Origin: Methanotrichaceae archaeon
Lineage (GTDB): Archaea > Halobacteriota > Methanosarcinia > Methanotrichales > Methanotrichaceae
DNA: 64,000 nt
Direction: 5' to 3'
Assembly: GCA_022865315.1 (NCBI GenBank)
Contig: JALHSR010000285.1
Span: 1,626 to 65,625 of the forward strand
In this document: positions 17,856 to 29,034 of the stretch, piece by piece
How the letters are laid out: every line of letters starts with the position of its first letter
Numbering within the stretch: position 1 is the stretch's first letter
Made by a program: the position numbers and the translations under genes
Notes under the pieces: model-generated
Database searches by the model: none
Told to the model about the DNA's origin: nothing
What the model saw: the letters and a program-made list of their open reading frames with translations, nothing else

Positions 17856-19721
17856 TTAACCTCCAATAAGGAGAAAATCATCGAAGTTCCTTAATCCTTC
17901 CATGAATATCCTGATCCATAGCTCCAGATTGATAATTCTCCAAAGATACTCGCTATGATCCTTAATGCCTCCAATATGTTCCTGAAAAATCTTGGATATC
18001 ATTTGCTTATCCCAGTACTTCCGGGATGCAAAACTATTGGATTCAATAATCTCTTTAAATAAGTTAACGAATTTTTCCGATGTCAGCCAATCTTTATCTG
18101 GTGTGGCGAAACCTATTTTATCCTTTCTATCTACGATTTTATTGGACACTAAGCCTCTAATAGCTTTTCTTAGAATATATTTCGTAATTCCGCCATGAAT
18201 CTTATAGTTCGGCGGAAGTGATAAGACAAATTCTACAAGCCTATAGTCCAAAAAAGGAACTCTTGATTCAATGGACCAACGCATTGAGTTCTTATCTTCG
18301 TACCTCAGAAGCTGGGGTATGCTATAGCCAATTAGATCGCTATATAGAGCCTTGTTGAGGTCGAAGCCTCTTTCTGAAAAAGGATTGGAAAGATGAATAT
18401 CGTTTGAATCCTTTAAGAATCTGGATTTTGTTAGCCAAATCATGTTTATGATATTCTTTCCAAGGGCTGTTTGGCTAAGAATTGTGACTAATGGGAATAC
18501 GACTATATCCTTTAGGTTCGGTGCAGCATGTAGCGCTTTCCAAGCTTCCATCAAATGCAAGCTTAATAAGGATTGAAATAGATAATATTTATAATATATA
18601 AAATAACCGGCAAAAAGTTCGTCAGCGCCTTGCCCATCTAATAGTACCTTCATACCTTTCTTGTGTGCTAACTCCATCACTTTATATTGGCCATAGATGC
18701 TTATCGATCGGAATGGTTCTTCTTGGGTCCAGATGATATCATAGAGATCATTCATTAGATCCTCAATTGTAGGACTGGTCCAATAGGATTCAATTTTTGT
18801 GTCTTTGATTACCTGGTTGATATAACATGACTCATCCATAATCAAACCGGGAAATATCAAAGAAAATGTCTTTATATTGGTATTTTTTTCCAGTTTTCGC
18901 ATGAGGTAGACAATGGTTGATGAATCAATACCGCCGCTTAGGCATGAGCCTACGGGAACATCAGCAATGAGCCGATAAGATATGCTAGAAGAAAGAAGCT
19001 CTTTGATCGTTTCTGCCGCGTGCTCCTCTGTTATTTCCGCATTATTTTTTATACGTTCGTTTAGATCATACCATCTTTCCGTCTTTAGAGATTTTGTGGG
19101 CAGGTCGTAGATTAGGTTCTCTCCAGGCATTAATCTGTAAATGTTCTTGAAGAAAGTCTCGCGGGTATGGTCTAAGAATCCATATGCAAGATATTCGAAG
19201 ATGATCTTATCATTAGGGATTTTTTCTAAATAGTGCTGAAGCAGACACTTTATCTCGGAGGAAAATATTAAGCCTTTATCAGAGTGAAAGTAATAGAGGG
19301 GTTTGACCCCGAATCTATCACGACTCAGCAGCAGCTGTTTTTTCCTCTTATCGTAAATTGCAAAAGCCCACATACCATTGAACTTCTCTACGCAGCAATT
19401 GCCCCATTCTTCGTAAGCGTGGATTATAACCTCAGTATCTGTGCTAGAAGTGAATTCGTGTTTCTTCTCCAGAAGTTCAGCTCTAATCTCTAAGAAGTTG
19501 TAGATCTCGCCATTGTATATTATCCAAATATTGCCATCTTCATTGGACATGGGCTGCTTTCCTGCTGAAGAGAGATCTATAATTGATAGCCTTTGATGTC
19601 CCAGGGTTACCAGTTCGTCTAAGTAAATTCCATTATCATCTGGTCCTCGGTGTTTTAATGCCCAATTCATCATTTCCACAAGTGAGGGATCATTCCAAGT
19701 GACACCATTTATGCCGCACAT
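17856..19721 (-). CDS. asnB: Asparagine synthase (glutamine-hydrolysing) family amidotransferase, likely glycan-amidating (WbpS-like)
   Basis: MCGI N-terminal nucleophile, HRGPD, NGEIYN, LSGGIDSS, DGQGADE, ESRVPFLD; located in a glycan locus. Confidence 0.9.
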   Translation of the reverse strand: MCGINGVTWNDPSLVEMMNWALKHRGPDDNGIYLDELVTLGHQRLSIIDLSSAGKQPMSNEDGNIWIIYNGEIYNFLEIRAELLEKKHEFTSSTDTEVIIHAYEEWGNCCVEKFNGMWAFAIYDKRKKQLLLSRDRFGVKPLYYFHSDKGLIFSSEIKCLLQHYLEKIPNDKIIFEYLAYGFLDHTRETFFKNIYRLMPGENLIYDLPTKSLKTERWYDLNERIKNNAEITEEHAAETIKELLSSSISYRLIADVPVGSCLSGGIDSSTIVYLMRKLEKNTNIKTFSLIFPGLIMDESCYINQVIKDTKIESYWTSPTIEDLMNDLYDIIWTQEEPFRSISIYGQYKVMELAHKKGMKVLLDGQGADELFAGYFIYYKYYLFQSLLSLHLMEAWKALHAAPNLKDIVVFPLVTILSQTALGKNIINMIWLTKSRFLKDSNDIHLSNPFSERGFDLNKALYSDLIGYSIPQLLRYEDKNSMRWSIESRVPFLDYRLVEFVLSLPPNYKIHGGITKYILRKAIRGLVSNKIVDRKDKIGFATPDKDWLTSEKFVNLFKEIIESNSFASRKYWDKQMISKIFQEHIGGIKDHSEYLWRIINLELWIRIFMEGLRNFDDFLLIGG

Positions 19722-19827
19722 CAGAAAGGCCTCTAATTCATCTGTTAATTCTTCTTAATGTCTCTTGAATATCAATTGGGTTGCCTGCTATATCTCGATT
19801 GATTCAAAGCTCTAAAAAAATTTGGTT

Positions 19828-20949
19828 TTATGTCGATCTTATAAGAACCTCTTCGTAATTGAACGCTATTTTTCGCCAATCAAATTTTTCTGCAATTAAT
19901 CTATACTTCATTTCATCTTGATTTGAATCAAGAATAAACCTGGTTTGATTAACGAAGCTTTCAAGATCATCATAATAATAAATTTCGTTGCCAAGCAATT
20001 TCTCAAGCGATACAATCCGACTGGAAAGCACAGGCCGCCCGCAGGAAAGGTAGTTGAATACCTTTCCGCCAGCTGAAAATTCATTCTTTTTCATCTTCTT
20101 TAATGGATTAAGGCCAATATCCATTGCTGATAAATAAGTGCTTAGATCCGTATACCTGACGACGCCCGTAAATATTACTTTATCTTCAACGTCCAGTTCT
20201 CTAGCAAGAGTTTTTATCTTCTCACCGTAGTCGGTGAAGAGTCCCGGTCCAACTACCAATAGCGTGACATTTAGCCTAGGCAAAGCTTGCACAACCAACT
20301 CGAGATCTACCCAATGCTCTAAAGAGCCAACATAGCCTATTACTTGGCCTTTGAGCCCCAGATCTGATTTTGCGTTTGGCTTTTGTATAGGTTTTAAGAG
20401 ATCAGTATCTACTCCATTGGGAATTACGGCTACATTTTCAATGCCAAAGTCATGCAGCAAATTGGCTAATTCCATTGTTACAGTTATGACTGATTGTGCA
20501 TGCTTCAAATTATACCTTGTGATGAAGCTTACGCCATTTTTAACGAGCTTTCTAAATATTGAATCAGGATAATAAATCGAAGCAGATTCTTCAAAGTGGT
20601 CTAAGTAATCAAATACAATAGGAACGCCCGCAAAGTTGGCCATAAACGAGGGAAGAATATTAGCTGAAAGAATAATGTTAATTCTCTTATCTTTGATGAT
20701 CCTTCTTATGCTGCGCAAGTGGCTAGAAAAATTCAAGATATAATATGTGGAAGGATCATCTATTTCCTTCCACCCTGTTTTGATTAATGTGCATTTTGTT
20801 TTTCGAGGTTTAAAGCCTTGGAATTTCTTAAGTCTGAAATGTAATACATAAACATTGTGGTTCTCAGCCAAGATATCGAAGATGAAGTTCAGCCTGTTAG
20901 GAACTGGATGGCCAATCCAATCGGTAGTGGGTACAACCAGTATATTCAT
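19828..20949 (-). CDS. Glycosyltransferase family 4
   Basis: IPNGVD, GYVGSL, LVVGPG, KVFNYLSCGRPV, FDW. Confidence 0.85.
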   Translation of the reverse strand: MNILVVPTTDWIGHPVPNRLNFIFDILAENHNVYVLHFRLKKFQGFKPRKTKCTLIKTGWKEIDDPSTYYILNFSSHLRSIRRIIKDKRINIILSANILPSFMANFAGVPIVFDYLDHFEESASIYYPDSIFRKLVKNGVSFITRYNLKHAQSVITVTMELANLLHDFGIENVAVIPNGVDTDLLKPIQKPNAKSDLGLKGQVIGYVGSLEHWVDLELVVQALPRLNVTLLVVGPGLFTDYGEKIKTLARELDVEDKVIFTGVVRYTDLSTYLSAMDIGLNPLKKMKKNEFSAGGKVFNYLSCGRPVLSSRIVSLEKLLGNEIYYYDDLESFVNQTRFILDSNQDEMKYRLIAEKFDWRKIAFNYEEVLIRST

Positions 20950-21102
20950 GTCACCCTTCTAAAAAAAATTGAGTTTAATATTTAATATCATTTGCATATT
21001 TTCATTTGTTTTCTGTTATGGGATTGTACATGAAAGGACAGATATAAAAGCATGGGTCCTTCGATTCCATTTCATTAATAGATTATTAAAGCGACAAAAG
21101 AC

Positions 21103-21117
21103 CGAAAAGATATAAAG
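21103..21117 (+). promoter_or_regulatory. BRE/TATA promoter of glmU-glmS
   Basis: CGAAAAGATATAAAG about 35-50 bp upstream of the start codon. Confidence 0.5.
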
Positions 21118-21151
21118 TAAATATCATAATATAGCTTTTGATTTACAGGCA

Positions 21152-22357
21152 GTGATCTGTTTGAAGGCAGTGATATTAGCGGCCGGAGAAGGCCGCAGGT
21201 GCAGGCCGCTTACTCAGACGAAGTCAAAGGTCATGCTTCCAGTGGGAAATAAACCAATATTGGAGCATGTGATCCTTGCGCTTGCTCAAAATAATGTAAA
21301 GGAACTTTACATTGTGGTTGGATATCAAAAAGAGAGAATAATGGATTATTTCGAGGATGGGATCAAGTTCGGAGTAGAAATAAATTATATTGAGCAAACC
21401 GAGATTTTGGGCACGGCGCACGCTTTAAGCAAGGTAGAATCACATATAGATGACAAATTTTTGGTAGTTAATGGTGACAACCTACTCGATGTATCTGCAG
21501 TACATGATCTAGTTACAGCTGAAGGGGATTACGTCATTCTGGCAGTTCAAAGGAGAAATACTGGTGATTATGGAGTTATTACGATAAAACAAGATAGAGT
21601 CAGAGCCATCGTTGAAAAACCGAAGGGATATTGTGCGGGCATAATCAATACTGGGGCATATAAATTTGGGATAGGCATTTTTGAGGAGCTGCCAAAAACA
21701 CCGATTTCAGAACGCGGATCCTATGAATTAACACAGACGCTATCGCAAATGGTAGAAGATTGCAGGGATATTAGAGCCGTCATTACCAAAGGAGGATGGT
21801 CGGATGCTATATTTGCTTGGGATTTGCTAAATGCAAATAGCTTGGCACTAAAAGAAATGGATTCAAGAGTTCTTGGAGCGGTTGAGGAAGGTGCTAGGTT
21901 GTTTGGTTTTGTAGATATAAAAGAAGGAAGCATCATACGTTCCGGCTCTTACCTCATGGGACCCATATCTATTGGGAAAGACTGCGATATAGGTCCAAAT
22001 GTAACTATATTGCCTTCGACTTCAATTGGCGATTCAGTTAGGTTAGGCTCGAGCTCGGAAATTCGAAACAGCGTAATTATGAACGGTACTAGAATAGGCT
22101 CCGGAACGATCATCTCGGATTCGGTAATAGGAGAAAGCTCTGTTTTGGGTGACCAATTAGTTATTGGATCTGGGCCTTCAGTTATTGAGATAGAAGGGGA
22201 CTTCCAAAGGACAGAGTTCGGGGCAATTTTTGCTGACAATTCGATTGTAGGGATTCGATCTTTGATCCATCCCGGGACCATTCTTGAGACTAATGTCAAG
22301 ATTGGCCTTGGATCTATAGTTCGCGGATGGATTGAGCGAGATAGTATGGTGATCTGA
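21152..22357 (+). CDS. glmU: Archaeal GlmU-like sugar-phosphate nucleotidyltransferase with hexapeptide domain (paralogue 1)
   Basis: KAVILAAGEGRR.RPLT..K, LGTAHAL, NGD, VEKP, SERG.YELT, LbH repeats. Confidence 0.8.
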   Translation: MICLKAVILAAGEGRRCRPLTQTKSKVMLPVGNKPILEHVILALAQNNVKELYIVVGYQKERIMDYFEDGIKFGVEINYIEQTEILGTAHALSKVESHIDDKFLVVNGDNLLDVSAVHDLVTAEGDYVILAVQRRNTGDYGVITIKQDRVRAIVEKPKGYCAGIINTGAYKFGIGIFEELPKTPISERGSYELTQTLSQMVEDCRDIRAVITKGGWSDAIFAWDLLNANSLALKEMDSRVLGAVEEGARLFGFVDIKEGSIIRSGSYLMGPISIGKDCDIGPNVTILPSTSIGDSVRLGSSSEIRNSVIMNGTRIGSGTIISDSVIGESSVLGDQLVIGSGPSVIEIEGDFQRTEFGAIFADNSIVGIRSLIHPGTILETNVKIGLGSIVRGWIERDSMVI

Positions 22358-22359
22358 AC

Positions 22360-24165
22360 GTGTGCGGGATAGTGGCTTATATCGGAGACGGCGAAGTCGG
22401 ATCTATACTTTTTGACACGCTTAAAAGGCTAGAATATAGGGGTTATGATTCTGCCGGTGTAGCTATTAAATCAGGGGATGAGATAGTGGTCGTCAAGGCT
22501 GCTGGTAAAATTGGCAATCTTGAAAAAGTCTATAGAGAAATGGGTTCTCCGGGGGAGTCTATGGGTATAGGGCATACCAGGTGGGCCACTCACGGTAGTC
22601 CAACCGACATAAACGCGCATCCTCACATTTCCGGTGAGATAGCTATAGTGCATAACGGCATTATCGAGAACTATCTCGAGTTGAGAGAATCCCTAACGGA
22701 AAAGGGCTTTGAATTTCAATCTGAAACGGATAGCGAGGTCTTGGCACACCTGATCAACTATTTCTACCAGGGGGATCTGATAATGGCCGTAACCAGAGCT
22801 TTAGATGAAGTTGAAGGTTCTTATGCTATAGCTGTCTTAGCAGCTAGTTCTCCATATATTATTTGTGCCAGGAAAGACAGCCCATTGGTAATAGGATTGG
22901 GAAAATTGGCCAATTATTTGGCTTCAGACGTACCTGCTTTGCTTCCTTATACCAGAGATATTGTCAGGCTTAAGGATGGAGAGATAGCAAAGCTCAGTAA
23001 GGAAACTGTTGAGATAAAGAATAGGTTTGGAGAACTACATCCAGCAGATGTCGAACGAATCGATTGGAATATAGATGCGGCCGAGAAAGGCGGTTATTCT
23101 CATTTCATGCTCAAGGAAATTCATGAACAACCACGAGCTTTGCGTGAGACTATGGCTGGAAGAATTTCAGAGTTTGGTGGTGATGTCAGGCTAGATCTGG
23201 GCATAGATGACGAAGAGATTCGCAATCTGGAAAGGGTTTCGATCATTGCTTGCGGGACTTCATATCATGCCGGGCTCTTCGCTAAGTATCTTTTGCCGAT
23301 TGTATCGGGTTTGCCTGTTGAAGTAGAACTGGCCTCTGAGTTCCAACACTTACAGCTTAGGCCCAGGACCCTTGTAGTCGGCATAACTCAGTCAGGCGAG
23401 ACTGCTGACACTTTGCTTGCTCTCAAGAAAGCAAAGATGTGCAATGTTAGACTGCTCGCTATAACGAATGTTGTTGGCAGTACAGTTACCAATCTGGTTG
23501 ATAGCACAATTTTTACTCGTTGTGGTCCGGAGATAGGCGTAGCAGCAACAAAAACCTTTACAAGCCAATTGGTTACTCTTATCCTTTTAGCTATATGTCT
23601 AGGCAGAGCAAGAGGTTTCCTCACTCCCGAGCAAGGAAGAAAAATATTAATTGAGCTTAGCCGCTTACCTGCCTTGGTTCAGAAAGTCTTGGATAGGCGA
23701 GATTCGATCAAGGAGATTGCGGAATTGTATGCTGATTCAAGCTGTTATTTTTTCATAGGCAGGGAATTCCTCTATCCAATAGCGTTGGAGGGGGCTTTAA
23801 AGATGAAAGAGATCGCTTATATTCACTCGGAAGGATACGCAGGTGGGGAGCTGAAACATGGTCCTTTGGCTCTTATTACAGATTTCACTCCCGTTGTTGC
23901 CATAGCCACATTTGGGCGAAAGATCCAATCAAATATAAAAGAGGTCAGAGCCAGAGGTGCTGAAGTAATTGCATTAGCTAGTGAGAACGATGCTGACATA
24001 GACAAAATTGCAAATGTTGTGATTAGACTTCCCGACACAAGACCAGAACTTTCTGCCGTCCTATGCACTGTGGTAGTGCAGCTTTTCTCATATTATGTAG
24101 CTCATAAATTAGGCCAACCAATTGACAAACCTAGAAACCTGGCCAAATGCGTAACGGTGGAATGA
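22360..24165 (+). CDS. glmS: Glutamine--fructose-6-phosphate transaminase (isomerizing)
   Basis: MCGIV, LEYRGYDSAG, GHTRWATHG, HNGIIEN, QSGETADT, ELKHGP, PRNLAKCVTVE. Confidence 0.97.
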   Translation: MCGIVAYIGDGEVGSILFDTLKRLEYRGYDSAGVAIKSGDEIVVVKAAGKIGNLEKVYREMGSPGESMGIGHTRWATHGSPTDINAHPHISGEIAIVHNGIIENYLELRESLTEKGFEFQSETDSEVLAHLINYFYQGDLIMAVTRALDEVEGSYAIAVLAASSPYIICARKDSPLVIGLGKLANYLASDVPALLPYTRDIVRLKDGEIAKLSKETVEIKNRFGELHPADVERIDWNIDAAEKGGYSHFMLKEIHEQPRALRETMAGRISEFGGDVRLDLGIDDEEIRNLERVSIIACGTSYHAGLFAKYLLPIVSGLPVEVELASEFQHLQLRPRTLVVGITQSGETADTLLALKKAKMCNVRLLAITNVVGSTVTNLVDSTIFTRCGPEIGVAATKTFTSQLVTLILLAICLGRARGFLTPEQGRKILIELSRLPALVQKVLDRRDSIKEIAELYADSSCYFFIGREFLYPIALEGALKMKEIAYIHSEGYAGGELKHGPLALITDFTPVVAIATFGRKIQSNIKEVRARGAEVIALASENDADIDKIANVVIRLPDTRPELSAVLCTVVVQLFSYYVAHKLGQPIDKPRNLAKCVTVE

Positions 24166-24298
24166 AGGCCAATTTGTTTGTTTGCATAAATCTAGAGCTC
24201 TATTAAACTTATATGTCCTTTTTTTAAGTTTTTTTGAAGGAGTTCCTTCTACTCGGCAAAGAAGTATTTCTATTTGATATGCAATTTGAATCAATGCA

Positions 24299-25288
24299 TC
24301 ATGTTAAGATTTCATAGATCGACCGAATAGTCTCAATATTGCAGTCCCAATATCTATAATCTTTCTCGGTCAATTTTTCAGGTCTCTTATTAAGATGCTC
24401 AACAACGGCATCCTTAAGATCACGACTATCTACAATTATGAGATTCTTCCTAGGCTGCTCTTGGGATATTCCTGATGCGACAACTAATTTTCCCATATTT
24501 AAGTACTCATTAAGTTTCCATACGCTTTTGTCAGTGGAGTAAGGCGTGATGACGCTCTCCTCTCGTGGAATGATACATAGCCTAGCTTTCTGCACGAGAC
24601 CAGCCATTTTCTCATGAGGTTGCCAACCCAAATTTTTGATATTGTGTGGCTTTCTCCAAAGGTACCACCAGGCAAAAGGCCCGCTTCCGACTATCCAAAA
24701 TTCCTGATAAGGTATAGCTTTGGCTACCCCCAATAATTTTTGGATGCCTTCTTGAGTGCAAACGCGTCCTATAAAAATGATTGGGGCATCTTCTGGTTCC
24801 AGCCTGTATAGGGGCTGCTCGAGGTTATCAGAGAAAGAGCGCAATGGATAATTAGGGATCACTTCTGTTTGCTTGTTCGGCGCATATGCAGCAACCTTAT
24901 TTTTCAGAGGTGTATTGACGGTTGTAATTACATCGGCACCTTTGGCCAAATTCCGTTCAAAATGCTCGCCAAATATCCTTCCTGGGGCGCCAAAAGTCTG
25001 CTGCATCTCCAGTCCCCATGGGGATCGATAGTCATAAATTAGGCTTCTGAAATAATCCCCTTTGAAGCGTGTAAATCCATGGTAGATTACATCCGGAACG
25101 TTAAATACATGGACTATATCGGGTCTACACTTTTTTACAGTTTTTTTTGCCAGTCCTGCGATTTTGATCCAATTCTTTGTTCCAAAACTAGGAACTATGA
25201 CTTCATATCCGAAGCTCTTTAGTGTGCTCTCAAACATTCTCAATCTTATGGTTCTCTCAGGCTGATTAGCTAATAAAAGAACTATCAT
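24299..25288 (-). CDS. Glycosyltransferase family 4-like
   Basis: PDIVHV, YDYR, IPNYP, FIGR, KLNEYL..GK.VV. Confidence 0.75.
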   Translation of the reverse strand: MIVLLLANQPERTIRLRMFESTLKSFGYEVIVPSFGTKNWIKIAGLAKKTVKKCRPDIVHVFNVPDVIYHGFTRFKGDYFRSLIYDYRSPWGLEMQQTFGAPGRIFGEHFERNLAKGADVITTVNTPLKNKVAAYAPNKQTEVIPNYPLRSFSDNLEQPLYRLEPEDAPIIFIGRVCTQEGIQKLLGVAKAIPYQEFWIVGSGPFAWWYLWRKPHNIKNLGWQPHEKMAGLVQKARLCIIPREESVITPYSTDKSVWKLNEYLNMGKLVVASGISQEQPRKNLIIVDSRDLKDAVVEHLNKRPEKLTEKDYRYWDCNIETIRSIYEILT

Positions 25289-25303
25289 TTAGGCTAAAGA
25301 TCT

Positions 25304-26368
25304 CTAAATTATTCTTTCAATTAATTTGACAATTTTTTGGCTAGCATCTCCCAATCCGAATACGTTTTTATATCTTCCCGGGGGAACAAACACTCTAGCC
25401 ATTCGTGTGATCATTTCTTCATTTGCCCCTACAAGCACATTCCAGCCATCCTGCACGGTTTCAATCCATTCTGTCTCTTCTCTAAGGGTTATGCAAGGCA
25501 CTCCAAGCAGGTAAGCCTCTTTCTGGACACCACCTGAGTCTGTTATAATTTTTAAGGCATTTTTTTCCAAGATGAGCATATCCAAATAGCCCACTGGTTT
25601 TATAACTCTAGTATTTTTGTTAAGTATATCCCAAAGCTCCAATTCTTTTAATCGCTTTTCAGCTCTTGGATGGCATGGGAATATTACATTTCCTATCTTG
25701 GATAAGGCTAATGCTATTGACCTTAAATTATCGGGATCATCTGTGTTAGAGGCCCTATGCACAGTAGCGAGATAATAGCTCTTAGGCATAAGACTTAGCT
25801 CATCCATAATTTTAGATCTATCTTGAGCAATTATCATACACGTTCTTTGAGCATCAACCATAACGTCTCCTGTAAGATAGACATTTTCAATTATCCCTTC
25901 TTTTTTCAGGTTGAGCTCTGCAGTTTCGGTGGGACAAAAAAGAAGAGATGAGCAATGATCGACAAGAATTCTATTAACTTCTTCCGGCATTTTTCTATCA
26001 AAAGATCTCAATCCTGCTTCCACATGGGCTACTTTTAAGCTAAGTTTAGCGGCTGCGATAGCTCCAGCAAGTGTTGTATTGGTGTCACCAAAAACCAAAA
26101 CAACATCTGGTTTCTCCTTTATCAAGATCTTTTCAATTCTTTTCAACATCTCTCCTGTTTGATAACCGTGGAAGCCTGACCCCACTTCAAGGTGAAAATC
26201 CGGAGTAGGTATACCCAACTCATCAAAGAATATCTTATTCATCTCATAATCGTAATGCTGGCCGGTATGGATGATGATTTCATCCATTTTTTTCCTCAAC
26301 TCTCGAGAAACGGGTGAGAGCTTAATGAAATTTGGCCTTGCACCAACTATTGAAGCTACTTTCATCAT
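25304..26368 (-). CDS. wecB: UDP-N-acetylglucosamine 2-epimerase (non-hydrolysing; WbpI-like)
   Basis: GARPNFIK, HTGQHY, GDTNT, HVEAGLRS, PEEVNR, TDSGGVQKEA. Confidence 0.93.
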   Translation of the reverse strand: MMKVASIVGARPNFIKLSPVSRELRKKMDEIIIHTGQHYDYEMNKIFFDELGIPTPDFHLEVGSGFHGYQTGEMLKRIEKILIKEKPDVVLVFGDTNTTLAGAIAAAKLSLKVAHVEAGLRSFDRKMPEEVNRILVDHCSSLLFCPTETAELNLKKEGIIENVYLTGDVMVDAQRTCMIIAQDRSKIMDELSLMPKSYYLATVHRASNTDDPDNLRSIALALSKIGNVIFPCHPRAEKRLKELELWDILNKNTRVIKPVGYLDMLILEKNALKIITDSGGVQKEAYLLGVPCITLREETEWIETVQDGWNVLVGANEEMITRMARVFVPPGRYKNVFGLGDASQKIVKLIERII

Positions 26369-26392
26369 TCTCCAAAATTTTTTTTAATTCGG

Positions 26393-27556
26393 CTAGAAAC
26401 TCAGGTTAAATGAATCAAAAACTAAATCGGCTTCTTCTGGTTGAATATATCTCAAGCCATTGGCTTTCACTTCTTCTTTAGATAGATGAGAATCAAAAGC
26501 ATACACATTGAGGCCTTTTTCTTTTAGGAGCTTAGCCAATGCAAGGTTCCTGCTGTGATATAACTCACGAACGTTTGGTCGGAAAGTTATGCCCTTAATG
26601 CAAATTTTGATCTGATCCAAGGGTTTGCTGACCTTGAGGCATTCTAATAATATCCTTTCAGCCCAATAGAAAATCATATCGTCATTTATCTCTCTCGAAA
26701 TCCTTAGCATTCGGGCATGTTTGAACAGTTCACGTTTTTCCATCTCTTTTATTAGGAACCAAGGATAAACTGGTATGCAATGTCCACCTACGCCTGTGGA
26801 AGGTTGATGTAATTGGCAATATTGATGATTAGCATTATCCCTCGCCTCGCTGAAGTCCACTCCCAATTCCGCTGAAATTTTATAGAGCTCATTAGCCAAA
26901 TAGATATTTACATCTCTATAGCAACCTTCCATGACTTTAATCATCTCTGCCACCCTTGCTGAGGATACCAATTTGAGGTTGGGAATAAATTTATTGTATA
27001 GATTGAAGGCTATGAACCCACTTTCATCATCTATGCCTCCAAGTATCTTTGGGAACTCCCTCAGACGGTAGATGCTGTATCCGGTCATGATCCTCTCAGG
27101 CGAATGTGCTAGGAAAAAATCTCCGTGGCTCATATGACTTGATTCTTCCAGCCAAAATCTTATCGTAGATTCAGTTGTACCGGGTGGGACAGTAGTCTCT
27201 ATGGACACTAGATCGCCCTTCTTTAAAATCCTCCCAACTGACCTTACCGCTTTTTCCATTAAGGAGAAGTCAGGATTGTAGCTCTGATCTATAAAAAGTG
27301 GAACTATGATGATAAAAGCTCGGCAATTCCTGGCATCTTCAAGATCAGATGTAGCTAATAATTTATTACCACCATATCGATTGATCAGTTCCTCCAGTCC
27401 GGCCTCCTCAGGTATTGGATTGGAGCCATTGTTTATGAGATCGCATCGCTCGGGATCAATATCAACACCAACTACCGATAGACCATTGTCTGGAATGATT
27501 GCCGCTAAAGGTAGACCTGCATTTCCTAGACCAATGACAGCTATTGCATCTTCCAA
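26393..27556 (-). CDS. Nucleotide-sugar 6-dehydrogenase (WbpA/WecC-like)
   Basis: VIGLGNAGLP, ETTVPPGTT, SPER, GVGGHCIP. Confidence 0.9.
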   Translation of the reverse strand: MEDAIAVIGLGNAGLPLAAIIPDNGLSVVGVDIDPERCDLINNGSNPIPEEAGLEELINRYGGNKLLATSDLEDARNCRAFIIIVPLFIDQSYNPDFSLMEKAVRSVGRILKKGDLVSIETTVPPGTTESTIRFWLEESSHMSHGDFFLAHSPERIMTGYSIYRLREFPKILGGIDDESGFIAFNLYNKFIPNLKLVSSARVAEMIKVMEGCYRDVNIYLANELYKISAELGVDFSEARDNANHQYCQLHQPSTGVGGHCIPVYPWFLIKEMEKRELFKHARMLRISREINDDMIFYWAERILLECLKVSKPLDQIKICIKGITFRPNVRELYHSRNLALAKLLKEKGLNVYAFDSHLSKEEVKANGLRYIQPEEADLVFDSFNLSF

Positions 27557-28126
27557 TCACTCCACCTTCATGATCTCTATGGTCTTCCCACAATCCTCGC
27601 AGAGATATACCTTTTTCAGAGTATTCTCCACGACGACCTTTTTTAACTTCATCCCGCAATAACAAATCCAACCTTTGATTTCAGCCGGATTGCCGTGGAC
27701 TAAGGCGAAGGATGGAACGTCTTTAGCTACAACACTGCCTGCCCCTACCATGGCGTAATCCCCGATAGTGATCCCGCAGATTATAGTAGAATTGGCCCCG
27801 ATGCTAGCCCCTCTACAAACGCGAGTGGGTACTATACGATCTTCATTCCAGGTATAGGATCGGGGAAACAGATCATTTGTAAATGTTGCAGAAGGACCCA
27901 CGAATACGTCATCCTCAATTTTGACACCCTTATAAATAGAGACGAAATTCTGTATCTTCACATTGTTTCCTATTACTGCATCTGTATCTATATAGACACT
28001 TTTTCCAATATTGCAGTTCCTGCCAATTCGAGAACCATTGCGCACGTGGACAAAATGCCAGATTCTTGTCCCTTCTCCAATCTCCTTGCTTTCGACTACA
28101 GCAGTGGGATGCGCTTGGTAATTCAT
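27557..28126 (-). CDS. Hexapeptide N-acetyltransferase (WbpD-like)
   Basis: HPTA.V, IGEGTRIWHF, KIQN.VSIY.GV, FTND..PRS, GNPA...GW.C.CG; ATG at 28126 overlaps the upstream stop. Confidence 0.9.
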   Translation of the reverse strand: MNYQAHPTAVVESKEIGEGTRIWHFVHVRNGSRIGRNCNIGKSVYIDTDAVIGNNVKIQNFVSIYKGVKIEDDVFVGPSATFTNDLFPRSYTWNEDRIVPTRVCRGASIGANSTIICGITIGDYAMVGAGSVVAKDVPSFALVHGNPAEIKGWICYCGMKLKKVVVENTLKKVYLCEDCGKTIEIMKVE

Positions 28127-29034
28127 CCAATCCCTTTGCTGATTTCCTGACAAATTCTAAGGTTGAGAAGCGCCTCTTGAGGAGTAACCGGGAATTCTTT
28201 CCCAGATCTAACGCAGTCCATGAAAGTCTTTAATTCAACCTTAAGCGGCTCTACTTTGTTGACGAGGACTTTTTCGATTATATTTTCCTGAGTATACCTC
28301 TCATTCTCCTTTTCATATTTCTTCGGTTTTCTGTAGATGAACACTTCTTGGGCCATGAAATCTCCTTCCGTAGTCGAATCTTCCTCTTCTATGTATAATG
28401 TTCTGAACTTCTTGGAGGCCATCCTACTTGCAGAAAGAGCTGCTACTGATCCATCAAAAACTATCATGGCCTCGCAGATATTTCGGTTGCCAGCACTAAA
28501 GATCTTAAAATTATCCTCATTTTTAAATAACACATTAAAAATGATATCTATGTCGTGGATCATAAGGTCTTCAACAACTGAAGCATCTGTAATTCGGTTG
28601 GATGTTGGATTATGTCTTTTCATTTCCGTATAGAAAGGATGGCTGATAATCCGTCTAACTTCCTCAACTATTGGGTTGAACCTTTCTATGTGTCCTACAC
28701 CTGCCATTAGGTTTTCTTCAGTCAGCAGCTTTAACAGACCCTCTCCTTGATCTACATTAGAAGCCAAAGGCTTTTCTATAAGAAAGTTAATGCCTTTTGC
28801 AATTACTTGTCTTGCGATTTTGTAATGATACTTTGTAGGAACACAGATGCTAACCAACTCTGTTTTCTTGAGAATTTCCTCAATCGAGCCGCAGATCGAA
28901 GCAAGGTCGCTAACTTTTTTTGCATTCTCTGGTACGGAATCGTAGACGTAAACCTGATCTACTCCCTTGAGTTCGGAGAAGACCCGCACGTGGTTACGTC
29001 CCATGGTTCCTACGCCAATTACTCCAACTTTCAT
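28123..29034 (-). CDS. Gfo/Idh/MocA oxidoreductase (WbpB-like 3-dehydrogenase)
   Basis: GVIGVGTMG..H, EKP, VGHIERFNP, DLMIHDID. Confidence 0.88.
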   Translation of the reverse strand: MKVGVIGVGTMGRNHVRVFSELKGVDQVYVYDSVPENAKKVSDLASICGSIEEILKKTELVSICVPTKYHYKIARQVIAKGINFLIEKPLASNVDQGEGLLKLLTEENLMAGVGHIERFNPIVEEVRRIISHPFYTEMKRHNPTSNRITDASVVEDLMIHDIDIIFNVLFKNEDNFKIFSAGNRNICEAMIVFDGSVAALSASRMASKKFRTLYIEEEDSTTEGDFMAQEVFIYRKPKKYEKENERYTQENIIEKVLVNKVEPLKVELKTFMDCVRSGKEFPVTPQEALLNLRICQEISKGIG